DNA from: an uncultured Lachnospiraceae bacterium
GTDB taxonomy: Bacteria; Bacillota; Clostridia; Lachnospirales; Lachnospiraceae
Reading direction: 5' to 3'
Length of the DNA stretch: 64,000 nucleotides
NCBI GenBank assembly: GCA_964632165.1
Contig: CAZWCZ010000001.1
Span: 77,681-141,680, forward strand
Part shown: piece after piece, positions 1 through 8,538 of the stretch
Layout of the letters: the number at the start of each line of letters is the position of its first letter
Numbering within the stretch: the first letter of the stretch is position 1
Translations under genes and position numbers: made by a program
Notes under the pieces: generated by a model
Seen by the model: the letters and a program-made list of their open reading frames with translations, nothing else
The model's database searches: none
What the model was told of the DNA's origin: nothing

Positions 1-1155
1 GTTCGACCAGTCTGGCTCTTCCAAAAAAACCACCCGTGCAATGCCCTGTGTCGTATTGACATAAATTTCTTTGCCATCCGTGAATATCGACGACTTAACA
101 ACCCAGTTTGGAGAAAAGAAGAATTTTGCTATCTTCCCATTTTGCTTATTATACTGATAAATTTGTTTTGCACCATCAATTAACCAGACACTTCCTTCTG
201 TCATTATGAAATTGTCCCACATATATTCGACTGTACCATCAGAAAAATCATAGCTGATTTCCTCTCCCGTGATAAGATTTTTTCCTGCAATCGTTCCTTC
301 CTCCTCACGCATGCCGTATATCATATCACCTGCCAAAGCATAGAACGGATAATATCCGACTACGACTTCTTCCTTTGTCTCACGCGACTTAAAAATCACT
401 CCAACTTCGCTCTTCCATTTTACATAAGAGTCTCCCCATCCTCTTTCAGTTGCCATATTTTTATCTTTTATCGGCTCATCTGCACCAAACGGCAAAACCA
501 GATACTCTGCTACAAGAATTTCATAAACCTCATCTCCTACTTCCATAAGCTCCTCTTTTATTTCACCGACAAAATGAATCCCTTCTTCATCCACTACCAC
601 TCTCTGCAGTAGATTTCTAAAATCTTCATCCTCATAGTCCTTCGCCTTTTCTCCCGCCGCATACAGCAGTTCTACGGTTCCGTCCTTTGGTGAATAAGCA
701 CATACATCTCCATCGTACAGATTTTCCATTATATAATACCCGTAAGATTCCAAAAGGAAGTATAACACTCCATCGTACATATAAAGTGCCTTTGCCGGAA
801 GTTCTACAACAAGTTCAGTTTCTCCGTCCTTTAACCGGTAGATAAAGTAATCATTATTTAAGTTCACAAAATAAACCGCTCCTGTTCTCTCATCGATGCA
901 AAAAGGATTCGCTCCATCATTATATCGTTCGTTAAATCCATTGTACTTTCCAAGCCCACTCTCTTCTATCTCCTCCAGGTCTTCCTTTTTTCCACTGCTT
1001 GGGAATCCCGCCAGTACGACCATTTCCTTATCCACTTCTTCCTCTGCCGGTTGGAACGCACTTTCTGTCGGGGTAGGGATTGCATCCGGTCCTGTCTGCT
1101 GACATCCGGCAAGAAAAAGTACAGTAAGTAAAATAAATAGTATCTCTTTTTTCAT
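1..1155 (-). CDS. DUF5050-like beta-propeller lipoprotein, C-terminus cut by the window edge (paralog of 31547..32890)
   Basis: Own translation from the ATG at 1155 gives MKKEILFILLTVLFLAGCQQ (lipobox LAGC). The frame stays open to base 1. FCIDERTGAVYFVNLNNDYFIYRLKDGETELV aligns with FCIDGESGAVYFVNQNQDYYIYRLKDGEAELA of the 449-aa ORF. It is missing from the track because no stop lies in the window. Confidence 0.8.
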   Translation of the reverse strand, partial: MKKEILFILLTVLFLAGCQQTGPDAIPTPTESAFQPAEEEVDKEMVVLAGFPSSGKKEDLEEIEESGLGKYNGFNERYNDGANPFCIDERTGAVYFVNLNNDYFIYRLKDGETELVVELPAKALYMYDGVLYFLLESYGYYIMENLYDGDVCAYSPKDGTVELLYAAGEKAKDYEDEDFRNLLQRVVVDEEGIHFVGEIKEELMEVGDEVYEILVAEYLVLPFGADEPIKDKNMATERGWGDSYVKWKSEVGVIFKSRETKEEVVVGYYPFYALAGDMIYGMREEEGTIAGKNLITGEEISYDFSDGTVEYMWDNFIMTEGSVWLIDGAKQIYQYNKQNGKIAKFFFSPNWVVKSSIFTDGKEIYVNTTQGIARVVFLEEPDWSN

Positions 1156-1251
1156 ATCATCTGCCTTCTTTCCTTATTATTTACTTAACGAAGCGGAATC
1201 TTTTCCGCTTCGTTAAGATTTTAATACATATTTTTATAACTCTATCTGCAA

Positions 1252-1641
1252 TTAATCTTCCAATGGATATTTCTGGCATTCATCCCATTTTGAATGTACC
1301 TCACCCTGAGGAACAGCTTTCGTCTCATCCATTTTTTTCCAGTATTGACAGTCTTCACCGTAAGTCAGGATATTAACCGAACACACCCACACCGGGCTAT
1401 ACGTTATCGTCTCTGTTACCGTACAATAGGCAGGAATCCATTCATCTTCACCATCTCCATTAAGGTCAACAGGCAGTAAATATCTATGAAGATATGTTTC
1501 CACCACATCTTGTTCACCTAATGCAAAAACCTTATGTTCACAATCACTTGTTGCAGCATAAGACATTGTAGGTGTTACCATGGTAAAGCAAATGGCAGCT
1601 GTCATTGCCAATGATACTATTTCTTTTAATTTCTTGTTCAT
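1252..1641 (-). CDS. small secreted Cys-rich protein (paralog of 32980..33375)
   Basis: 129 aa with signal peptide ...PTMSYAAT. It shares the DxDGDGxDE calcium-site-like motif and Cys spacing with the 151-aa ORF. GGAGAG RBS upstream. Confidence 0.6.
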   Translation of the reverse strand: MNKKLKEIVSLAMTAAICFTMVTPTMSYAATSDCEHKVFALGEQDVVETYLHRYLLPVDLNGDGEDEWIPAYCTVTETITYSPVWVCSVNILTYGEDCQYWKKMDETKAVPQGEVHSKWDECQKYPLED

Positions 1642-1791
1642 TTTGGTTCTCTCCTTTTTTGTAATAATATAATTACATTTGCAAATGTGTCTTTATTGTA
1701 CCAGGATTTTTTCAAAAAAACATAGCGAAACTGGCACAATTCATTTTTTTCGACCTTTTTTGCTATTTTAGGATCTGCTTTTCTGATCTCC

Positions 1792-3168
1792 ATGCCAAGA
1801 ACGTTTTGTTTGTATTTCCTGTACTATTTCTATTCATCCCCGAATATTTTAGTATCACATCTCTTTTGTTCAAGGACGGAATCTGAATTGAAAAGCAGAC
1901 TTGCCAAAGGAACCATCATATTAACTGCGGCCGGATTTATTGTACGCATTCTCGGATTTTTTTACCGTATCTGGTTATCCGATCGGTTGGGAAGCGAACT
2001 TCTTGGCATCTATCAGATGATTTTCCCAATTTCCGGTGTATGCTATACCATCTATGCTTCCGGTATTCAGACCGCCATTTCAAAACTGACTGCAGAGAAA
2101 AAAAATGCTGTCTCGATTTTTTTTCATGGTTTGTCTGTTTCCTTGATCCTTTCTCTTTTCCTTTCCTTCATCGTTTATGAAACAGCCCCGTACCTTGCCT
2201 CCCATTTTCTGTTTGAAGAACGTACCATCCGCCCTCTACAGATTCTGAGCTTCCTGTTTCCGTTCGGTGCCGTTTCCGCCTGTTGCAACGGCTACTATTA
2301 TGGAAAAGGAAATTCTCGTTTTCCTGCCATTTCACAACTGACGGAGCAGGGAATCCGAATTTCTTGTGCATACCTTATTGCCGCTTTCGTTCCTGCGATG
2401 ACATTCTCCTGCGAAACGGCTGTTCTTGTCCTGGTTTTTGGCGAAGCTGCCTCTGCATTTCTCAGTCTTACCTCTTTTTTGTTGTCAGAATGCCGTTTCA
2501 GAAAATGTACCTTGCATTCCTTTCATGCAAAACACTACAAGGAACTCCTCTGTCTTTCCATACCGCTTAGTATCCATCGGCTTATCCTCAATCTTCTGCA
2601 CAGTTTTGAAGCTACGCTTGTGCCGTTCACACTTCAGCAATCCGGGCTAAGCAGATCCGATGCCATCAGCAGGTACGGAATTTTAAATGGTATGGCATTC
2701 CCTTTTATTTATTTTCCTACTGCCCTGACCGGCTCCTTGTCAGTTCTCCTTCTCCCGGCTGTTTCCGGAGCGAAGAGAAAAAAAGACAGTGCATATCTTG
2801 AACGAATCATTCGAATTTCTCTGGCATTTAGTCTGGTTCTTGGGACAGGATGTTTTCTGCTCTTTTTCTTTTTCGGAGAATATTTAGGGACTCTCGTCTT
2901 TCATGAAACACTGGCAGGAACTTACCTGCAGATCCTTGCCTGGCTTTGTCCGTTTCTCTATGTTTCCTCCACATTGTCCAGTATTTTAAACGGTTTAGGC
3001 AAAGTCTACCACACTTTTTGCATTTCTGTTTTCTCTATGATAATTAAGATTGCATGTCTGATTCTTTTTGTTCCGAGATACGGAATGCCTGCCTACTTTT
3101 TCAGTCTTCTTTCCGGTCAGATCTGCAGTACCGTTTCAGAAGCCATTGTTTTATATCGTACAAAGTAA
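1792..3168 (+). CDS. MOP-superfamily flippase (polysaccharide biosynthesis / SpoVB-MurJ-like), about 12 TM
   Basis: LAKGTIILTAAGFIVRILGFFYRIWLSDRLGSELLGIYQMIFP is a typical SpoVB/MviN-family N-terminus and the protein is polytopic throughout. The true start is probably the TTG near 1887 (LKSRLAKG). Confidence 0.65.
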   Translation: MPRTFCLYFLYYFYSSPNILVSHLFCSRTESELKSRLAKGTIILTAAGFIVRILGFFYRIWLSDRLGSELLGIYQMIFPISGVCYTIYASGIQTAISKLTAEKKNAVSIFFHGLSVSLILSLFLSFIVYETAPYLASHFLFEERTIRPLQILSFLFPFGAVSACCNGYYYGKGNSRFPAISQLTEQGIRISCAYLIAAFVPAMTFSCETAVLVLVFGEAASAFLSLTSFLLSECRFRKCTLHSFHAKHYKELLCLSIPLSIHRLILNLLHSFEATLVPFTLQQSGLSRSDAISRYGILNGMAFPFIYFPTALTGSLSVLLLPAVSGAKRKKDSAYLERIIRISLAFSLVLGTGCFLLFFFFGEYLGTLVFHETLAGTYLQILAWLCPFLYVSSTLSSILNGLGKVYHTFCISVFSMIIKIACLILFVPRYGMPAYFFSLLSGQICSTVSEAIVLYRTK

Positions 3169-3172
3169 TGTT

Positions 3173-5215
3173 TTATTCACCTGTATACATTTTTAACCTG
3201 CGGTCCAGTTCCTTTACCAATTCATCCAGTGAAAGTCCGCCATTCCAATACTCTTCAAATGTCTCCCAGTAAACCTCTTCTTCCATTTCAAAATACACCG
3301 CTGCTTTCGAGATCATTTCATACATTTCTCTGATAAACGGGGTATCACTATATGTTGCATAGTCTTCTAAAAGGAACGAATTTTTTTCCTGCATCATATA
3401 ATTCGCATATGCCGTAATGTATTCCAGCGTTGCATCCAGTCGGTCAGATTTTGGATTTACCACAAGAAAATTAAGACCTACCACGTATCCGGTTCCTTCT
3501 GCAATGCTTGGTCGTCCTGTCACGCCATAAACATCCGATGTCCCTATCAGGCTGAGTATTTTCCCATATCCCGTATTGTTCATTGTTTCAAAATAAAACT
3601 CTGGAATTTCCCCAATGACAAGTGGATCATAAATACTTGTTTCCACATCCGCCTTCCAGTTTTTTTCTTTACTTTCTTTTAACTGGGACACTCCTTTCCG
3701 GAATACCTCAGTGTCAAACGTATCATATGCCGATAAATACTGACGGAAAAATTCTTTTGCAAGGCTTGTAACATCTTCTGACAGCATGGTTCTCCCGATT
3801 TCATCCATTCCCTGCTCCGTCACAAAATCCACATAAGTTTCCCAATCCATTTCTTTTAGGGAGACTCCGTTCTGGTCACAGTATTCCTTATTATATACCA
3901 TGACCGTGAACATACTTTTTACAGGGAGCATCCAGATATCTCCATTTTCATTGGTCGCCATCTTACGGATTCCAGGGAAACAGGCATCCAGATATTCCCG
4001 TACTCCTTCCACTTCGTTCAGTGGATAATATCCTTCGCATTCTTTTAACTCATAGGCGATTGCATTTCCGGAATACATGGTATACAGGTCAAAGTCTTTG
4101 TCTCCTGCAAGTGCTTTTAAAGCAAGTTTTTCCGACGAAAGCTTCTGCTCATTCATCAAAAAGCCACACGGAAACGGTTTATACTCCACCGTTTCTTTCT
4201 CCAAAATTCTCAGTATTTTTTCCGGTTGCACCATATTTTCTACGCAAACTCTCCAGACTCCCGACTTTTGTTCATACTGATTCGCATAGAATAAAAAACC
4301 TTTCTTATAGACCGCCGGTTCGGAAAGCATCAGATCACTTGCAACCAATGTCGCATCTGAAATACCGTCATATGCTTGAAAAAAAATTTCTTTCTTACTG
4401 CCGTAGCCGGAAAAATCCGTATAGAAAAAACCGTATTTGCTCCCGCATATCTGCTTTGTTCCTGCCTGATATCCTAAAACTGCAACCTGCTCCACAGCTC
4501 CGCTTTCCGGTTGGAATTCATGGATCACATATCCCTGTTCCTGCGTATACGCCTGGATTCTGAGTGATCCGTCTTCCGTCACAAACAGTGCTGTCGGAAA
4601 TTTAATCCTCATTTCCTCAGCTTTCGGCGTTTCATCCATGATATTGATACGAAAAACCGTATATCCCTGTAATTTCTCCGCAGTCACATCCTGCATTTCT
4701 TCCTGATCAGCAGTTTTTTTCTCCCCTATGGCATAAATGTAATCTCCAAGGAGCGTAACATACGAAAGTTCTCTTTCATATTGTGTAAGATTGGCCAGCA
4801 CTTCTACTTCCCATGTATCTGTATCTACCTTAAAAATACTCGGCACCTTCCACGATTCTATCGTAGGAGCAGTAAAATACAGGATCCCGTCTTTCACATT
4901 CAGACCGGACATTCCTATACTTCCGGCATAAATGATATTGCTCTTGATACAATTCCCATCCAGATCGTACACACTGATTTTTTGTTCTGCTCCGTTTATT
5001 GATTCCGGGCTTGTGCTTTCTACCAGTTTATCAAGCCAGGTGGAAATATATACGGTTCCGTCCTCATCCACTGCCACGCAGTCTGCGCCTTCACTTCCTT
5101 CATAAAAGAAAGTGTTCTTATCCGCCTCCAGCAGTTCCATTTTGATTTTTTCTTCTTTTTGACATCCTGCACAAAACACCATTATAAAAATCATACATAT
5201 AAATATACGCTTCAT
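3173..5215 (-). CDS. lipoprotein: N-terminal propeller-like domain fused to a family-1 extracellular solute-binding domain
   Basis: The probable start is MKRIFICMIFIMVFCAGCQ (lipobox). The C-terminal half (NGDIWMLPV...VYNKEYCDQNGVSL..MDWETYVDF) resembles ABC sugar-binding proteins. It is divergent from the permease operon and is a paralog of 29460..31550. Confidence 0.65.
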   Translation of the reverse strand: MKRIFICMIFIMVFCAGCQKEEKIKMELLEADKNTFFYEGSEGADCVAVDEDGTVYISTWLDKLVESTSPESINGAEQKISVYDLDGNCIKSNIIYAGSIGMSGLNVKDGILYFTAPTIESWKVPSIFKVDTDTWEVEVLANLTQYERELSYVTLLGDYIYAIGEKKTADQEEMQDVTAEKLQGYTVFRINIMDETPKAEEMRIKFPTALFVTEDGSLRIQAYTQEQGYVIHEFQPESGAVEQVAVLGYQAGTKQICGSKYGFFYTDFSGYGSKKEIFFQAYDGISDATLVASDLMLSEPAVYKKGFLFYANQYEQKSGVWRVCVENMVQPEKILRILEKETVEYKPFPCGFLMNEQKLSSEKLALKALAGDKDFDLYTMYSGNAIAYELKECEGYYPLNEVEGVREYLDACFPGIRKMATNENGDIWMLPVKSMFTVMVYNKEYCDQNGVSLKEMDWETYVDFVTEQGMDEIGRTMLSEDVTSLAKEFFRQYLSAYDTFDTEVFRKGVSQLKESKEKNWKADVETSIYDPLVIGEIPEFYFETMNNTGYGKILSLIGTSDVYGVTGRPSIAEGTGYVVGLNFLVVNPKSDRLDATLEYITAYANYMMQEKNSFLLEDYATYSDTPFIREMYEMISKAAVYFEMEEEVYWETFEEYWNGGLSLDELVKELDRRLKMYTGE

Positions 5216-5444
5216 ATCTCCTGCACCTCCACTATAATAATGCTCTCTATTTTTTTTACGTTTCTTCTGTAGTTTTCCAAAGTATACATGCAACAAAATT
5301 ATTTGTCAATTATTATTTCTTTTTGAATTTTCTCACTTCTTAATATTCTGTTCCTAACAAAATACACAACACGATAATGAAAGATTCAAAAAGCCACCCT
5401 CTTTTTTACATAATTAGTATTTTTACAAATTCTAACATTTCTGC

Positions 5445-5473
5445 TTTACATTATCGCTTTAATCTGATACAAT
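5445..5473 (+). promoter_or_regulatory. candidate sigma-A promoter for the ABC permease operon (TTTACA-17 nt-TACAAT)
   Basis: tttaca at 5445..5450, a 17-nt spacer, then tacaat at 5468..5473, about 30 nt upstream of the RBS GGAGGG. Confidence 0.45.
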
Positions 5474-5504
5474 ATCAAAAAACCAAAAAAATGGAGGGTT
5501 GCTT

Positions 5505-6338
5505 ATGAAACAGAAAAAGCATGCGGACTCCTGCTCCGTAAGAACAGGATTTCGATTGCGCTGGAACAGCAAATGTATTCTTTGCCTTGCTCCAAGTCTC
5601 CTTGGTCTGATGATCTTTTTTATTTTCCCGTACTTCAGGGTTCTTTACTATTCTTTCATCAGAAATCAGTTTAGAAAAGATTTTGTCGGGCTGAATAACT
5701 ATATAAGTACAATTCAGAATGATTATTTTCGTCTGGCATTCAAAAACAGTATCCAGCTCATTCTCATATGTGTCCCGATTCTGATTTTACTTGCCATTTT
5801 GATTTCCATTGGGCTTTCATTTTTATTGAAGAAGCTTCGTATTCTCCGCGTTGCTTTCATTCTCCCAATGTTGATCCCTACCGCCAGTATCGTTCTGTTT
5901 TTTCAAAAAGTATTTGGTTCTATTGAAAATGAACTTCCTCTTTATATTTTGTTTATCTGGAAGAACATCGGCATCTGTATTATTTTGTTGACTGCCGCAC
6001 TGACCACGATCGAAGATGAATTATATGAAGCCGCAAAATTAGATGGCGCAGGAAGTTTTTTCTTACATACCAAGATCACCGTACCGCTGATTTTGCCGAC
6101 CATTTCCTTTTCCGCACTGATGGCGATCGTAAATTCATTCAAGATCTTCCGTGAGAGCTATTTGTACTATGGCGGAAACTATCCGCCGGATTACGGCTAT
6201 ACCTTACAGTACTACATGAACAACAATTTCCTGAAATTTAATTATCAGGCACTTGCTTCTTCTTCCGTACTGACTTCGTTTTTAGTAGCCGCAATTGTCA
6301 TTTTCTTTTTACTTTGGGAAAGGAGGTACCAGCGATGA
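5505..6338 (+). CDS. ABC transporter permease (CUT1 sugar type, MalF/UgpA-like)
   Basis: EAA loop YEAAKLDGAGSFFLHTKITVPLILP, six TM segments, and RBS GGAGGG before the ATG at 5505. Confidence 0.85.
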   Translation: MKQKKHADSCSVRTGFRLRWNSKCILCLAPSLLGLMIFFIFPYFRVLYYSFIRNQFRKDFVGLNNYISTIQNDYFRLAFKNSIQLILICVPILILLAILISIGLSFLLKKLRILRVAFILPMLIPTASIVLFFQKVFGSIENELPLYILFIWKNIGICIILLTAALTTIEDELYEAAKLDGAGSFFLHTKITVPLILPTISFSALMAIVNSFKIFRESYLYYGGNYPPDYGYTLQYYMNNNFLKFNYQALASSSVLTSFLVAAIVIFFLLWERRYQR

Positions 6339-7090
6339 AAAATGTATTGCGTTTTTTTCTTGTATTACTTGCTGCGGTATTCTTCCTGCCGACTTTAGCC
6401 ACTATTTTATTATCGTTTTATTCCGAAGGCAGCCTGACCTATTTAGGATACGACGAATTGTTCTTTGACTGTTTTAAATTTTATACAATGTTTTGGAACT
6501 CCGTCATTTATGCCTTTGCCATCACTGCACTTCAGCTGATCGTCATTCTTCCTGCAGCATTTGCATTCTCCTATGCAAAATTCCGTGGAAAAGAACTTCT
6601 CTTTTTCTTTTACATCATCCTTATGATGATGCCGCTGCAGGTTATGATCCTTCCAAATTATATTGGTCTGCGTGATATGGGAATCCTGAACACCCGTGCC
6701 GGTATTATTCTTCCTATGATATTTTCACCATTTGGTGTTGTTGTACTTCGACAGTATATGAAAAGTACAGATCAGTCTGCAATTGAAGCAATGCGCCTGG
6801 AAACGAGTTCCATCATTCGCATTCTTTTATATGCTGTCGCACCTCAGGTTAAAGTATGCCTGTATGCCGTAGCACTGTTTGTATTCGCAGAATGCTGGAA
6901 CATGTTGGAACAGCCTATGCTCCTTTTACAGGATAATGATCTGCAGACCCTTACCGTATTTTTCAGCAATGCAGATTACAGTGACAATATCCTGTATCCG
7001 GCTTCGGTATTGTTCATGATTCCGATTTTACTTCTTTACATGTTCTTCCACAAAGAATTGGAAAGGGGGCTGACATTACATGATGTTTAG
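6335..7090 (+). CDS. ABC transporter permease (MalG/UgpE-like)
   Basis: Polytopic, with a degenerate EAA loop IEAMRLETSSIIRILLYAVAPQV. The ATG overlaps the stop of the upstream permease. Confidence 0.8.
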   Translation: MKNVLRFFLVLLAAVFFLPTLATILLSFYSEGSLTYLGYDELFFDCFKFYTMFWNSVIYAFAITALQLIVILPAAFAFSYAKFRGKELLFFFYIILMMMPLQVMILPNYIGLRDMGILNTRAGIILPMIFSPFGVVVLRQYMKSTDQSAIEAMRLETSSIIRILLYAVAPQVKVCLYAVALFVFAECWNMLEQPMLLLQDNDLQTLTVFFSNADYSDNILYPASVLFMIPILLLYMFFHKELERGLTLHDV

Positions 7091-7544
7091 AAAAAAAGAA
7101 AAAGACTCCGATCAAAAATCATGGTTTGCACTGATTCTTCTGTCTGTGCTGTTTTACGGTTCTATGCTTGTTCTTACCCTTATTGCCAAAGATGTACGCA
7201 ATGCCAGGCTTCCTCGGGTTACTGCACAGCGTCTCGGAACGCAAAAGTTTACTTATTCAGTAAGCAATGGAGCAGAAACACGGACTACAACGGCGTTAGC
7301 CATTCCTAAACATCTGGTAGACTCCGATCAGGTATATAGCTTATTGATCATTTATAATTCCGAAACAGAGGAAACCAATTGCTACGTTGACAAAGTATCT
7401 CTTACCATAGATACGAGCAAAGAAAATCCTGACTATTACGCCGTTACGGATACTTCCTATACTTATACGTTCTTCGTTACGGAAGGATACGAAGGACTGG
7501 AAGATGGCGACGAAGTTTACTATGAAGGTGTTTATAAAAAATAA
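7080..7544 (+). CDS. membrane-anchored hypothetical protein, last gene of the permease operon
   Basis: 154 aa with N-terminal TM WFALILLSVLFYGSMLVLTLIA. Its start overlaps the permease stop. Confidence 0.5.
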   Translation: MMFRKKEKDSDQKSWFALILLSVLFYGSMLVLTLIAKDVRNARLPRVTAQRLGTQKFTYSVSNGAETRTTTALAIPKHLVDSDQVYSLLIIYNSETEETNCYVDKVSLTIDTSKENPDYYAVTDTSYTYTFFVTEGYEGLEDGDEVYYEGVYKK

Positions 7545-7561
7545 ACTGGCTTTTCCTTCAA

Positions 7562-7610
7562 AAGAGGCACGGCCGGGCGGAATGAAAAAATCCGCCCGGC
7601 TGTGCCTCTT
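7562..7610. terminator. bidirectional rho-independent terminator
   Basis: Long GC-rich hairpin aagaggcacggccgggcgga / tccgcccggctgtgcctctt between convergent genes. Confidence 0.8.
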
Positions 7611-7611
7611 A

Positions 7612-8517
7612 TTACCACTCATACGGTGTATTCTGATATACGTAGTAATTGACCCAATTGGTATATAACGTATTGGCATGTGCTCTCCACATCAGACTTG
7701 GGCGCATCTCACTATTATTTTCCGGATAATAGTTGACGGGAAGTTCCGGCTGGATTCCTTTATTCAGATCCCTTTTATATTCTTTATCCAAAGTAACCCT
7801 GTCATATTCCGGATGTCCCAGCACAAAAATATTTTTCCCTTCTTCCGCCATCAAAAGAAACAATCCTGCCTCTTCTGATTCTGCCAGAATTTTAAATTTT
7901 CCGCTGTTTTCTATATCCTCTTTTACCATTTCTGTATATCTGGAATGCGGTGCATAAAACCAGTCATCAAATCCCCGCACCAGAGGTTCACGTCTGTTTC
8001 TCACGCGATGCAGATACACTCCGGAAAGCTTTTCTGAAAGATTCTGCTTCCGAATATGATATCGGTAATATAAACCTGCCTGTGCCCCCCAACAGATATG
8101 CAAGGTAGATGTTACATGTGTCTCAGACCAGTCCATGACTCTCGTCAGTTCTTCCCAATAAGCAACTTCTTCAAATTCCAACTGTTCTACCGGAGCTCCT
8201 GTAATGATCAGACCGTCAAAATAACGCTCTTTCACATCTTCATACGTCAGATAAAACGTATCCAGATGACTGGTTGCTGTGTTCTTCCCGACATAGCTTC
8301 CTGTAGTGAGGAATGTAATATCCAACTGCAACGGAGTGTTCGATAAGGAACGCAGCAGCTGTACCTCCGTATCCTCCTTTAAAGGCATCAGATTCAGAAT
8401 TGCAATTTTAAGCGGTCGTATGTCCTGACTTAATGCCCTCTTTTCATCCATGACAAATATATTTTCATCTTCCAGTATTTTTTTTGCAGGAAGATCACTC
8501 TGTACTTTAATCGGCAT
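7612..8517 (-). CDS. metA: homoserine O-acyltransferase (MetA family)
   Basis: MPIKVQSDLPAKKILEDENIFVM...LKIAILNLMP is the hallmark MetA N-terminus. Length 301 aa. Confidence 0.9.
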   Translation of the reverse strand: MPIKVQSDLPAKKILEDENIFVMDEKRALSQDIRPLKIAILNLMPLKEDTEVQLLRSLSNTPLQLDITFLTTGSYVGKNTATSHLDTFYLTYEDVKERYFDGLIITGAPVEQLEFEEVAYWEELTRVMDWSETHVTSTLHICWGAQAGLYYRYHIRKQNLSEKLSGVYLHRVRNRREPLVRGFDDWFYAPHSRYTEMVKEDIENSGKFKILAESEEAGLFLLMAEEGKNIFVLGHPEYDRVTLDKEYKRDLNKGIQPELPVNYYPENNSEMRPSLMWRAHANTLYTNWVNYYVYQNTPYEW

Positions 8518-8538
8518 GTCTTTTCCTCATTTCTTCCT

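Noticed and set aside
896-1102. A 68-aa plus-strand ORF at the left edge
   Set aside because: It lies antisense within the continuous DUF5050-like lipoprotein frame, which has a lipobox start and clear paralogy to 31547..32890.
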